This document shows positions 10,422-24,329 of a stretch of 64,000 nucleotides of DNA, one piece after another (the stretch's first letter is position 1; every line of letters begins with the position of its first letter). A model generated the notes under the pieces. That model did no database searches. It was given only the letters and a program-made list of their open reading frames with translations, and was not told where the DNA came from. Position numbers and translations under genes: made by a program. Source of the stretch: Pseudovirgaria hyperparasitica (lineage: Eukaryota); NCBI GenBank assembly GCA_010093815.1, contig ML996565.1; one strand, 5' to 3'.

Positions 10422-13400
10422 AGGGGAGGACTATACAGTCCATCATGACGCGTCGACTAAACTTTCTTCCTTCGCGGTCGGCGCGGGGCCACGAAAAACG
10501 AGCATCAATTTCTTCGAATCTTCTTGTCATACCCCCTTTACTTCATTTGTGTAATATTTTTGGCGTCTTCGCCTGTGTACCTAGGGACATGCAAGCATGA
10601 ACAGCGCGCGGTGTTAACGGAGGACTCTGATATGATAGAGAAATCACGCAATTCTTCTCAGGAACGCTACTACAGCTTACAGGAGTATGTTTGCGACCTG
10701 CACTTCTTGATTCCTCCTTCTATCATGATATATTCGCCCATTGATCTATATTCACGCTTTATGTTCCACGACTATCACGACTCTCACTTCCCACTTTTTG
10801 CTATTCGCATCCACACAGAAACGCATTCAGTCGGTTGAGTGTGTTCTCGTCCCAACTGATCGAAGCGTCAGCATTCTGTGCTGGGCCCGACCAGAAAGCT
10901 AGTGATCGACGCCCACAGGCCAGTCAGGAAACCGTGCGGCTGTCAAGTCGCCCCCGCGCCATGGAAATCCTTTTCATGAAGCGAACTCTAAAGGAGCCCT
11001 CATTTCGCATGTGTGGTGATGGGTCAATACAAGCGGGTGCGGACTGCGATCCCGGCACTCGCCTTGTGGGCTTAGGGGCTGTTTATTGCATCGTGATTGG
11101 TCTGGCGGGAAATTTGGTCTCACGGGCACACCGCTGGGGTCGGGATAGTGCATACACGTACAAAAGGACTGCGAAAATTGAAATATGCCTTTTCGAACAC
11201 ACTTCATTTTTATTTACTTAGTCGATATAAGTTCAACGTCTACACCTTTGCAGTTTTTTATCACGGTACGGTGTTGTTAGTGTTTGTGTGCACGATGGGC
11301 TGCTGCTACTGCTGCTGTAAAGAATGTGGGAGGAGATCTGAGCGTGCGCTCTGGCCGACAGCAAACGCCACGCGATTGATCAGAGCGTCCACCATGGCCC
11401 ACAAAACCCCCTCCTCAACAACGTTGTACGAAAGGAGACGCGCAAGCTTGTCTTGCCTCTTGTGCTCTAGCCCAGAGCAAATCAGTACTTGTTCCTGACC
11501 CGAGGCGTCTTACACACCCCTACCCCCTGTGCAGTCGTGGTCGTGCGTGGCGAATGTCAGCTGGCGGTCTGGCGGCTGTAGAGTACGGTGAGGGCCCGTG
11601 GTGAAACATTAATTAACAATGAGGGTATCGTATCCGACCATCGTCTTTTGCTCTCTTGGCTGTTTGTCTGGAGTCTTACGGAAAAGGCGGAAGGATGATT
11701 CAAGGACGTGAGGTGACGAGGCGATGAGGCGATGAGGCGTCGCTGTAGCAAAACCCCCTCGGTTCTGCGATACGCCGTCTCGGCGCTTGGCTGTCTACCC
11801 TGATTAGGTAGATGTAAGGTAGTATTGTAGTAACAGACGGGTGCCATGCGAGGCTGACCATTCATTGAATAATACTACAGCTGCCAGGTCCACTTTCACT
11901 ACATCATCTAGCTCCATCTTCCATCATCGCGACGACCTCAAGTTTTCTCGCCATGTTCGTCTCACAAGCTGCCTCGAGTGAACCACTACACCGGTAGCCC
12001 CAATGTCCGCTGGAGATTTGATGGATAGTGAGATGCCCGGCTGCACTTAGCAGTCCCCGTATCGCTGCCCTGCCCGTCGTCGTTCGTAATCTCCTATCGC
12101 GGGTATCGTGTCGGAGATGAGCGTTTGCTCAGATGGTAGTCGAGATGTGGTCCTCGTTGACAAGTCATCCTCGTGTGGAACATCGTATGCAACGGAGTGA
12201 CGTGCGACTTGCTCGTTGCACAACTTTTTTTATATGGTTCTATGGCTATCGAATTACTGCATGGGTTGAGTGAGTGAGACATGGAGGTGCGATACCCCAG
12301 TCTGCTGCTGCATTCATCTTCCTCTAATGTGTCTGGTACTGGTAGCCGTCTTGTCGATCTCATATCCACTCTCATCACGTTTGTATACAACTGTGATGTC
12401 CTATAATAGTGTCTCTCGGATGGTGTCTTGGTTCTCAGCCATACCTCTTTGGCCGGATCTATGTTTCTTCCTGTCCAATAATTAGTACTTTCCTCCCTCA
12501 AAACCCTACCGGAATATTTTCTTTCGCGCCGAATTCCTCGAACCTCCGATTGGAGTGTCCGATTCGTATTCTCGTAGATGTGTCATCGATAGTCTTTGTG
12601 CCCGATCTTTTGTGTGTTCAACTCCAATTCCAGCGGCTCTCACGTGACAGTCTCTGTCGTTGCGCTTTCTTTTGTGAATAATGGGACTTGTCACAGGGGT
12701 CCATTCCGGTACCATTCATGTTGCGCAAAACACGTGCGTGTCATGTTATGGTCTAGAATCACTATTAGACTTCGGATGACAAGCGGAAAGGCCCAGACTC
12801 TTGGTAATTACCACGTGGAGTCAGGGTACTAAACTAGAGAATCTAAGAAGACTTGGAACCGATCATTAATATTACTACCGCTGAATCAAACACGATGAGA
12901 TGAACGAACAGCATGAAGGGTCGTTAGGTATTTGATCGGTCTGATAGGCCTTGGGCTCCTTCCTAGTCTCCAAACAGTTCTGAATTAACGTAGGGCGGAA
13001 TGTTACCTACCTGGGCCTCTGGCTTCACAGCTTATCCAAGGCAGTGCATTCCCGAGCATTCCTTTCAAGTTGGACTCTAAGAAGCTACATACTTCCGCAT
13101 CCGGAAACTGTAAGGAAAAACTCTCTTTCGAGTTGTCAAGCAGGGTTTGTGGCGCCATGAAGAATGTATCCCTTGCCTCCATAGGCATGCGCCGCATCTA
13201 GCTCATCGCTGTCTACCTGGGCATTCTCAAACCCCTTACTTCTAGTAGCACAAACCGGCAATAACTTCATCTGACTCTGCCTCTGTGTCATTTCCGGAAA
13301 CAGCCTATCTTTAAACCCAAAATCGCTAATATAAGTATCTTGTTTAACAAGCACGAAGCTGATTAACGACCTCCTTCTAGCCTTGATGAATCTGTTACCA

Positions 13401-15946
13401 AACACGGAATAGGTCCATTTGTGAGAAATAATTACTTCCTGACTCGATTAACGCTAGTCAAATGTTCATTTTTCGAAGATTACGACGAAGGATTGAAGAG
13501 AGCTTAGTAAGGGATAAGTTCTCTTATAGCCACAGGGCCATCCTTTAGTAGCACATCTGATAGTTTCTTCGTTGATACATGTGTATTCTATAGGATATAT
13601 GAGTCATGATCCTCACAATTCATGATCCTCACAATCAAAGATTCTTTAGTTATTTAAGTTTATTTACTTTTATGATGATTATTCTTGTTACGGGTAATAA
13701 TTTACTAGTTATGTTTGCACTGTCTTCGTTTTCGCCGCTCACACATGACTACTATGAGCCTGTTCTGTGACTGAATCAATTGTTTATAGCTCGGCCGTCA
13801 ATTCTGATGAGTCTCTCAGAGCGGGCTAGACATCATGTCACACATTCATTTCGCGTGCTAAGGTGCGTGAATGTACCAGAGATGTGTGATGATACGACAA
13901 GGCTGTCCTGAAGGCTTCTCCTTCGCGATGCAGTATCTGAAGCAGCCGCTGATTTACATGATTATCCAATCCGTTATAGTCCAGGTATCTGAATCCAATA
14001 GAAGCTACAAAATTGACTGTAATCATTTCGTCGAATCTTTCCTACATACCTTAGAAATAAACTCTCTGTACAGGATTCGAGACGTCTTACATCGATCTCC
14101 AGAACCTAAAGTAATTCACGAATGTATTTCTCTAAAACTCAAGTAACATAATGTTTTAGGTCGTATTATGCCTTGTTCTTCTAGGTCTGTACATAGCTCC
14201 TGTGCGAATTACTTGGGGGCGACACTTAATTAAAGACACGTCTATGACGGGACCCAACATGGTGAACATATCATTAATCCTGTACTTGTCTGGAGAACCT
14301 GTCTGCTGTGAGGAGTGGTGCCTAGCAGAAGAGACACGAGAGACACATCATGAAACATATTGCCACTTGAGCTGTCATTCATCGTCACTCGCTCATAACA
14401 TGCTTTCACTTGCGGCTTAGTCGTTCCAGTGCAAGACGTGGATATACTAGGCTTGCGTTGCCATGATTCCCGCTTGCAAAGTCTCCAAGGAGAGCGCACC
14501 CGGATGACCTTCGCAAATCCCTCGAACAAAGTGATGGCAATAATCAAGTCTCAGTAATCACGTCTCAACAAGTCTACACGCGGGAACTACGGCTGAGTGA
14601 ATTCGGTATGGTCTTCTCTGGAAAGTTAATTATGCTGCAGCTGCTAAGTCCCGGCAACTTGAAAACAGCAATGTTGGGGTTTAGGTGTCGTAAATGGTTG
14701 ATATGCTTGTCACGAAACAAATAGTCGACAACGTGTACTCTTAAGACCGCCTTCACGTTCGGATACTGCATGCTCAGGCTCCAGTAAATTTACCAAGAGC
14801 ACAGAGAGTGCTATAGGATTGATCTACTATGCTTTGCCTGCACATTACGTGATTCGCACCCTCATTGATTTCCTAGTCCAGCCTAAATATTGTTAGTAGC
14901 GTAGATTTATGAAAGCAGTAGGGGGAATTCGAGCAACGACCTGGGCTTTGGAATGGGAATGTCCAAGAGAACAGGAAATGATGAAAAGATTACAGCGGTT
15001 AACAGATGCAAGGTACTCAGCATCCTCCATTCACAGTCAAGCTGGCAACGATCCCAAAGAGCACATGGAGCATCCCGTTTGTACGCTTAACGAATACTTC
15101 AGAACCGAGTAAGCTAGGTGAGTGATGACAGCGTGTTTCCATGAACAGCATTCGATTACGCCTTGACACTTCTCTGCCGATGAGAGCAAACCATGTGACA
15201 CGGTCATGAGATGAAGCCGAGATCAGTAGTTGCGCCTGATCCTGCAGTGACAGCTCCCGATCGTATTGCTTGAGGAATATCATGCAGACCATCTCTGCGG
15301 ACATCAAGTTCGGTGTGTGTCTGAGTTGATAATTGATATGATATGATGGTCTGCAAAGTTGAGCTAAGGGAAATTCAAAGGCATACATTCAGTGACTACA
15401 ACTCTGTCAGGCTACGGGTGGATGATCACAGGATGATACGCATCAGAATAAGCTATTAGTAGTATGTCGGGTGGAGTCGGGAGCTTTCAATTGATCTGGT
15501 TGCTTGAGAATGGCCGGGTGATGCTTCGGCCGAACGTTAGCATTCATTCACTTGACACGCGTAGATGAAAGTCGCAACAGCCAGCTCCTCACCACCACCA
15601 GAGACAGCCATATAGACCCAACGAGACATTCCGAATAGAAAGCGTGTCGATGACAAGGAGAATGAGACGGAGACGGGGGCAATATTGGAGATGACGATTT
15701 ACCGACTCACCGGCAACATGGCGATCACGGCGCCGCCAGCCCGAGGCTCAGCCGTGTCGTGTCGTGTGGAGGCGAAAGAAATCGCGCATGCCACCGACCC
15801 GCAAATGCCCATCTCCAACTACACTATCGTCAATCTGGGGTAATTAATCAAGTAATAAGCTGGGGCCGCTCCTATCGATCATCCTATTGTCTTCCATCAA
15901 ACAACTCTGATGCTCCTATGTGGTCTTCGGTGCTGTCATCGACAAT

Positions 15947-17061
15947 ATGCCCTTCTCCCATCACAGCCACTCGGGTCAGTTCTGCCCAGGCCATGCCAAG
16001 AATACATTGGAGGAGATGGTCCAAACCGCCATTAGCAGCGGCATGCGCGTGTTCGCCTTGACAGAGCACATGCCACGTGATGAAGTGGATTTCTACCCCG
16101 AGGAAGTATGTCGGGACTGTCGTTGAGCGCGCAATCACCAGCTTCTGATAACTGATGCTGCACGCAGGTGGGAAATCAAACCGCCGAGTCCTTGTGGGAT
16201 CTCATCGATGATTTCTATCAAGAGGCGACACGCCTCAGGATGTGGTATGGTCATCAAATGAAAATCCTGATTGGCTTCGAATCAGAATGGATTCGCAAAT
16301 CGTCGTTGCGTCTGGTTAGGATGCTGCAGGCGAAGCACGATTTCGACTTCTTCGTTGGCTCAGTACATCACGTGCACACAGTCCCGATCGACTTCGACAA
16401 GCCCACATACGATCGAGCCAGGATGGCCGCGGGAGGGTCCGATGAGAAGCTATTTGGGGACTATTTTGACTCTCAATACGATATGTTGAAGGCGCTTGAG
16501 CCACAATTAGTTGGTCATTTCGATCTCATCAGACTCTTCAGTGATGAGCCCGATGGTGGTCTGAAACGATTTCCCGGAGTTTGGCAGAAGGTCATTCGCA
16601 ATTTAAGACACGTCGTTCGCTATGGCGGTATCCTCGAGCTGAACTCTGCCGCGTTAAGAAAGGGCTTGAAAGAACCGTACCCCTGTCTGGAGGTGTGCCA
16701 GGTATGTTATGTCAAACGCCAGCCTCGTCCCAATTGTGCAGTCTTGACCATTGCTGAACAGACGTTTCAAATGATGGGAGGAAAATTCGCTATGTCGGAC
16801 GACAGTCATGCAGTGGATCAAGTTGCTACCCACTACATTCCATTAATGAGGTTCATTGCAAAGGCAGAAATCTCCGCTATATGCCATCTGAACCAAGTAG
16901 AACCCCCAGATGATTACGACGAATATGGTGATGATAGCGAAGGCAGTATAGATCGACCACGTAGATGGCCCAAAGCATCAGTATCCTGTGTGTGTGTGGA
17001 GGAGCTATTCGAAGAAGCAGTGGATGATTCACCTTCAGAAGATGAAGAGTATCAACAATGA
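15947..17061 (+). CDS. HIS2: Histidinol-phosphate phosphatase, PHP family
   Basis: MPFSHHSHSGQFC, LTEHMPR, GFESEWIR, VGSVHH, GHFDLIRL, SDDSH. Introns 16106-16167 and 16702-16761 (the second is in frame). Confidence 0.92.
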
Positions 17062-19221
17062 AACAGAAACGATTAGCCTTCAGCAAAATGAAGTTTAACA
17101 GCGGTGAAACAGGATCCTTCCCAAGCAAAGGGTACTCCCGTGCAAACCGCGGGCGGCCTGTTCAGGGCGCAGCCTTGAAGGGGCTGTAGATGTTCTGTGT
17201 GAGACCCTGTTCCTTCTTGGCGTTGGGGCTGACGAGTCCTGGTCAGTTTCTGACAGATCTCAAGGTTACATGACAGAGGCCAGAGGGTAAAGTAATGTTT
17301 GCTGGTCAGAGCAGAAACACTCGGTGCCATCGGAGCCTTTTCCATTCTGGAGAGGTTGACATATTTTGGCAATATACAAACAACTATCAGGGCGCTTTAG
17401 ACGTCCGCGGGCTTGTTCATCCTAGGTCTGGCAGCGCACATTCAAGTAATGACTTCACGCGCAAGCATCGCTAAGAACTGGTTTAGCGACAAGTGTGACG
17501 TGGCGACCTTGCAATCCTCTACCCTGTACATTTAGTTCGACTTCGGCAGACGGTGTACAGATTCAACCGGTGTGCCGAATGAATCTGTTGCGAAAAAAGA
17601 AATTAGACTGCCTGGAATCGTATCAAAGTACCAAGCCAAACGACGTGAGTGTCCTTGTCCTATACTTAGTTTAAAACCTCGAGGTATACATAGGATTAAC
17701 GTGAGCGGTATCGGTGTTATTGGGTATGGGTTACAGCTAAGGTGCTAAGCCACGCGGAGCAGGTTCCGACGAGAAGCCTCACCAGGTATTGGTCATTGAC
17801 GATGCAAACTTTCCTCTCAGTTCTGAATGCCGGGTGACTTTCCCGTACCATGAGCTGTCTCACTCCATTTTATTTTTCTCACTTAAGCCTGGAAGCAAGT
17901 GTGCCAAAACAAATGCCAATACAGCACTGTGGTTGGCTGGTTGAGAGTATGGGCGGAACCGGCCAGTCAGCGGGGTCTACCTTGATCACTTGCAGGTGAA
18001 AAATCGCATCATTGTGGTATGAAGGCCTTCAAAGCACATGCACTGCATGATCATGACGTTCTGTGTCTTCATTTAACTCAAGACCTGCATCATGCACGAG
18101 GGATGACAAAATCATGTCTTTCGAAGGCTGGCTTACGACGTGTATACACTAGGCACAGTTTTGTTTACGACATAGGAAGTACTGTTCTTCACTTTATTAG
18201 TATGAGTCTAGACTCGGCATCACGGCTAAATGTAATCGAGGACAAGCTTTGCCAAGAAGTCTAACATTCTGTATCTGTATCTCTCCTCATTCTTCAAATC
18301 ACGAAAGGACGCGATCAATTGTGCGCTGTAGAATTATCATTCTGCGGTAGCGCTAGCGAAAGACGATCATGCAGTACGTTTGTCGAGGCAACGTTATATC
18401 TATGGAGGTTTCAGGACTACCGCAGCTATTTACTGAATCACTATTTAGATCCTTTGACGTTTTAGATCCGGTGGATCGTTCAACATCGAGGGTTTGTTTG
18501 TGTGGAGTTCTGGCTTCTGATACTAAGAGACTCTGTCTCATGTCAACAGCATGACGACTTGTTACTCGAGGTATTTTTCTCTCTTGGCTCATGCAGGCCA
18601 TCCTGGCTTTGGTCCAGACAGTATGGCTGTCCTTGGTAGCTGGCCTGTACACATCCATGTAGCATGTCCATGTTTAACCCGGTTGCCGTATTCGTTACCA
18701 TGTAGCACTTTTTCACCTAAAGTCACGACTCAGACCCACCTCGAAGCCGCATAAAGATGCAGTGCTAGTACCATTCTTCTGTCATGGTATAGCCTCCTAA
18801 TTCTTTCCTCCTGTGGAACCTTGGATTTGGTCTTGGATGTGTCTCCGCCCTCCCCGTAAGCTTGCGGAGAGGAACGGAGATGTTCACTTCTGCAGACCCT
18901 ATGATATCTACTGGGTACAGCCTGAAGTTTCTACCCAATCTGCATTTTATTGAAGGCGGGTACAGCTCCATCCAAGCAGACCCCTTGTTCCCAAATACTA
19001 TTCTCCATTATCCATCAGAATTAATGGTACCTTGTCTATCAATGTTTCGATGATGGTCTCCACTTTCCAGTCTCACATCGAAGTCATAAAGGCACCCCTT
19101 CTTCGTCGATATTCAGATCAAAATAATACACCTTACTTTGTCCTGTCCTTACAAAAGTCTTTCCTTTTCTCCTTCCTCAACGTTTCAGGAAGTCAAATAT
19201 TGAAGATTGCTCTGCATCGAG

Positions 19222-20148
19222 ATGGGGGTTCAGAAACAGGTGATCAAGTCAGGCAATAACATGGACTGGCCTCGACAGGGAGACATTGTCACAATGGAAT
19301 ACACCGGATACCTCTACGATCCTTCCCAAGCTGCAAACGGTTATAGAGGGGTACAGTACGTATATCCCACCCGTGAACCCGTAGTTTCTGAGGCTTCCAT
19401 ATTGTTGTCAGACTACTAAAGTTCCACTTCTAGATTTGATACATCAGTTGGCCGAGGAGATCTCACGACGAAGATAGGGGTTGGTCAGATCATAAGAGGT
19501 CAGCCCATCCTTTCTATGGTTCAATTGGGATCGTCATCGCCCACCTCTTCAGTCTGACAGATGTATGACAGGTTGGGATGAAGGGATTCTAGGATCTTCG
19601 ACGGCGTATGGCATGTCTTTGGGTGAGAAGGCTACCCTAATGATTACGAGGTATGAGGAGCAGCACATTCTTGAATTGTTATCATGTCTCATGCTTGTTA
19701 ATTTCTTTTGTCACACGAAAGTTTGCTGATAATCATCGCAGCGATTACGGATACGGTTCACGGTAAGTTCACTCCTGATGCCCCGCAATGTGTCGGACAT
19801 ATCGATCAGTGGGTAGCGAAGATATCCAGTTCTATGCCAGCAACACATTAGAAGACGCATCTCGGTCAATGCGAGGCTCAATTTCTACCTTATCGCATGT
19901 CGACCATGACATCTAGCTAATGCATCACCTCGTAGAGGATTCTTAAGAGCCATCCCTCCCGACAGTTCCTTAATCTTGTAAGTTGAACCAGTACCTACTC
20001 ACTTCCGGCACTTTCTCCGCAACTTCCCAATCTGACCGTTGTTGTCCGTACTCGACTTGTCCTAATCTCCGTATGCATCGCTGACTTGTTACACTCCAGC
20101 GACGTCACGTTGAAAGCCATCAACGGCAAGCGAGCCTATTGGATCTAA
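19222..20148 (+). CDS. FKBP12-type peptidyl-prolyl isomerase (129 aa, six exons)
   Basis: Exons 19222-19355, 19434-19498, 19572-19650, 19742-19762, 19936-19977 and 20100-20148 give MGVQKQVIKSGN...YTGYL...QFDTSVGRG...IGVGQIIRGWDEG...MSLGEKATL.ITSDYGYGSRGF..AIPPDSSLIFDVTLKAIN. Confidence 0.93.
19785..19914 (+). ncRNA. Candidate intronic box H/ACA-like RNA
   Basis: Hairpin - AGAAGA (ANANNA) - hairpin - ACA+3 nt layout inside FKBP intron 4. No target identified. Confidence 0.35.
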
Positions 20149-23100
20149 GTGCCATGATTTGGCGGTAAGATGGCGTTGCTGCATGTGCGGGCCACAGCAA
20201 GCCCATCGAATCACTTTAGACTCAGTTTTCCACAGCGAAAGATGTCATCAAAACAATAGAATTCGATACATTCCTTTATGACTTAGATCTATTTCACGAA
20301 GCAATCGAGCTTGACCGAGATTTCAATCCATTTCACCGCCTCTCTGTACGATTTCTGCCCAGAACATTTCGCTGCACGACATATGCGTTACACATCTGTA
20401 TAGATAGCCGAGATATAACATGGGGACGCGGTTGTAGGCCCCCAAGTATACAGGCCATGGCGTACAAAGTTGGTTGGATGCCTCCGTCAATGTATCAGTA
20501 TGAACTTTGCGGTTACTCCAAGAAAACAAAATGCAATTACTTTTAGTATACATTCATCCTTCCCATATTTAATTACGTCTCCGGCTTTTCGCTGACGCGC
20601 CTCTCACAGACACAATGCTACACATATCCAACATATTCTACCCGGCAAACCGGTTCCGAGCAGTATTAACCCTGACTAGCAGCAACTTATGGGCTAATCG
20701 TATACACGCACGACACACCCAGATGCGTTGCTAGTGGCGATGAGCATACTCATCCCAACTCCTGGATCATGGTAGTCGTGTTGGGTGCGCTTCTCGATGT
20801 GACCCCATGAGCACAACAGATCGGCTCGGATTGCGACGATCACATTGTTCGTAGACTGTCCATGAAGCTCTAATGTTTGTACCAGAACCACCTGATTCTC
20901 ATAATATCGATTTTTCAAGACTGCACAGCAATTACCGCTAAGTAATCGGCGACTGAGGTTTCATGCACAGTATAGGGGACCTTGGTATGGAGTGCCATAA
21001 TGTAAACCCTGTTCTTAACAACGGCACTACATGAACGCCCGGCAGAATGGCCCCGATAGGGCTGTCCCTTTGTAATGCGAGGGTAATAGGTGGAGGATTT
21101 AATGGGATAAACCAAAGTAGGGTTCGGAACAGAATACGTGCAAGAGAAGCAAAGCAGCTTTACGGCTCCTCCATCGAGATTTCGACAATGGATCTCGACC
21201 TCGTCACGGGTTACGAACCATTACATGGGTGGTCGTTCGCCGATCTGAAGAGATGAGCCGCTGTTGTGACCGATAGAGCATGAATTACACTCCACTAATA
21301 TACCTGGGATGCCCGAATAGCTACCGCAAGTCTACGGTCGTGTCCGCGGGGATACAAGGGCTGGAAGCCATTGCCGGGCCAATCTGATCACGACCTGACT
21401 CGCGCACGGTAGAGTGTTTTGGCTATGTATGTCCTTGCGTCGAGACGGGTCTGCGATTCAAGGATTGGAATTGTGAAGGTTACATTGAAGCATATCCTTG
21501 CTGCTATATTTATGATCCATGAAGCGAAGAACTTGGATCTTTTAACGTTGTCTACTGTAGCGTTGTCTACTGTAGTCGCCATTGTACCCATATTGAAATT
21601 ATCCCAAACCACAATGACCCCCAGGACACCGATTTTACTCCAAGTATGCAACCAATTACATTGCAGAGACATGTTTAGACAGGATCAGACGAAGTAAGGC
21701 AAGACGCTAGGAAGCAGGATGTGAGGACTCAGGGCGTGATCCTGGGTCGGCAACCTGAACGGTGAATTCTGAGAGCTTTTGCGACGTGCAAAGAAAAAAA
21801 GGAATTCCTCGAACCTACTACCCGGTGCGGGTATTCGTGCTATAACATTCAAGGCAATATTCATTAGCGTAGCAAGATCTTAGCCATCTCGTTAGCGCTC
21901 ATCTATATATAGTCATTCTATTAGAGTGAGATCTAGGCCTAGATAGGTAGCAGGAGATATCCTGACTAGATACAATCTATACGTTATTCCGGTGAATTCT
22001 TTTTATAAGCAGATAAGACCTTCCCATACCACTCACGCCACTCCAACGAGTATTGCCCTGAATATCATGGTAACAAGAGTCCTAGGCATACTTGGGGCAA
22101 TTAAGCACTTGAAGGAGTCACACTATACGCTACTACCCTTGCCGAAGCATCGCAGGCGCCAAAATACGCGGAAAACCTTATACTGAGTAGCAGTTTGCTG
22201 CAAGACCCTGGCGCACTGCGCGGGAATGTAGGATGATGGGACCGAGGCATGGAGATCCGGGATCCTCTGTCGATGTCTGATCGATAGTATAGTCTACACT
22301 CCTGACGTGTTGTGTGATGCAACATTGATGATGGATCCACTGATTGGTACAGCCGAGCGACGGGCCCGTTCCCGGTGTCTTGGATAGGTGAGCCAGAACA
22401 AGAAGGCGAAGCGAAAGGCCTTACGACCCGCAATAATGCCCCCAAAAACAGGGAGTAGGTTGCGGGAAGTCTCGTGGGAAACTGAGCAGTAGGGTGCACC
22501 GTTCGACCATGGATTTGGAAATCGAAGATCACGTCAATGAGGCCGCTGCATGGAATATGGTTGTTTACAGCCTGGCTTTCATTGACATCAGGCCAGTACC
22601 CACGCTCGGATGGTCCACGAAGTACGACTGTTTCCGTGATAAGGCTGGTGTTGTGATTCTATGGTTCAAACTTGGATTCGGTGCCATTTCGATCCATTCA
22701 TGGTCTGCGACTTGCCATAGTTACAGCACAACAATAGTTAAAAAAACAAGTCTATCCATAGGGCCACGCTAGTTTGATTGACAGTTCTTAGCTTCATGGC
22801 CTGATCGATCCATAGGATTCTAACCGTCGGGCCGGTCGCCACACCCGGTGCCGGAGAACTGGATCGTAAGTTCACGCTCAAACAAACAATACTCACTAGC
22901 TCGACTGATTGAGCAGATAATCTAATCTATTGCTAAACGCTCCTAAGACCAGGGATCCATGCCCTGGTGCAAAGATGTAGCTGTCATAGGTAGTAAGCAG
23001 TGTGATATAATATCGAAAGCGACATGCTTTTGTCTCGCGAAACGCGGCTCACAGGACCGAGTCACAGATCGATACTCAAGTCGTCAATGCAAGCGTTTTG

Positions 23101-24329
23101 AGGGATTTGTATCGGCTTATACGTGACTGTGGCAAGGCTGAGGAGTATTGCCAGAGCACATAGTTCAGTTCATGACACATCGTGTTGACATGGCCATCTT
23201 CTTGGTTAAGCTTCCATTTACATGGCAGTCAACGTATCAACGTGGTGTCTTTGATAATCCCATGGGACAAAAATCACGTAGCCCGTGCATGGATGCAAGT
23301 CGTTCACTATGGACCGATGTTGAAAGCATTAACGCGGGTTAAGGGTGACCCCTGGACGCTGGCGAGCGATTAGTCGACGGCGTTGTAGTCACTCTAGATG
23401 CGTTAGCTAGCTCGTCTGAATCCTGGTTCCTGGCAATGTATGGCGGGGACTCCCAACAAGTGTACAATGGAGCTAATGATGCGTATGGCAAGATGTCACA
23501 CCTTTAGCTGCATGTAGGCGCATCATGCCAAGACTTCCGATGTCGAGTTCGTGGCTACTATATGCCTTAATTTTCGCAGTCCTAAGTACTGAAGAGGCAA
23601 TGAAAAGGGGGAGGAATATAGAAGGAAAGAGGAACATTGAGAGGTATGTATGAATGTATATACTACGTGAAAAACTTCAAGTGTGCAGCCCTTGCTGCGT
23701 GCTGTGTTCTCTTCACGCGCGTGGGTGAGATACATGTGCGTTTTATTGTATCTGTACTATAGACAAGCAAGACACGGTGCTTCCGGGTAACGTTGCTTAT
23801 AACGCTCAGCTTTGTTGATCGCACCAATCCGACTTCGAGCTGGGTCGGCGCCAAAGTTGAAATCTCATGCGGTTTGTACTGTCAGATCACAGAATACAAG
23901 TGTGTTCGTATGATTCATTGGGTAGCCTGATAACAGTGGTAATGCCTATCATGACAAGCATGGACTCCCTTAGGAATGCGACAAGCGATTGTAGCCAGCC
24001 CTTCCATAGAGAATGTCGGAGTCTAGGAGTGTTATTGTGTCTGCAGATGATGCCAGATGGCGTGAAAACTCTCATGTGGATGTAAGTGTAAAAAATGCTA
24101 GGTGAGAACTTTGAAATGCCGGTCACGGCCGGGACCTGACCACAATGACTATGATCACTGTCTCGTGGTATTTATGAGGTGGTCAGCCGCCGTGTAGATG
24201 CTAAATGCATAAGATTTTACACTGAGGTCGGTAGGGAGAGTAGTACCATTAGGAAGCGTCCATCTGGGGTGACTTAGTAGGGCAAAGGGAACAATCGTAG
24301 CCATAAGAACACTCTATATGCCAAACATA

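Noticed and set aside
10500..15500. Many 60-135 aa ORFs, some protein-like (12094-12715, 13003-13405, 15017-15388)
   Set aside because: No recognisable motif and no consistent splice model. They may be old pseudogenes, but I cannot support a call.
16702..16761. Stop-free in-frame introns in HIS2 (and SNU71 45173-45220) as alternative exons
   Set aside because: Short 3n introns without stops arise often by chance, and these have normal splice signals.
19651..19741. C-box-like ATGAGGA and D-box-like CTGA in FKBP intron 3
   Set aside because: They coincide with the donor and branch signals, so splicing explains them.
21388..21672. ORF faintly resembling an amidase segment, with a 15-bp duplication
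   Set aside because: No signature motif follows and the similarity is too weak.
21715..21780. Possible C/D snoRNA (GTGAGGA...CTGA)
   Set aside because: Imperfect C box, short length and no fungal rRNA complement that I could identify.
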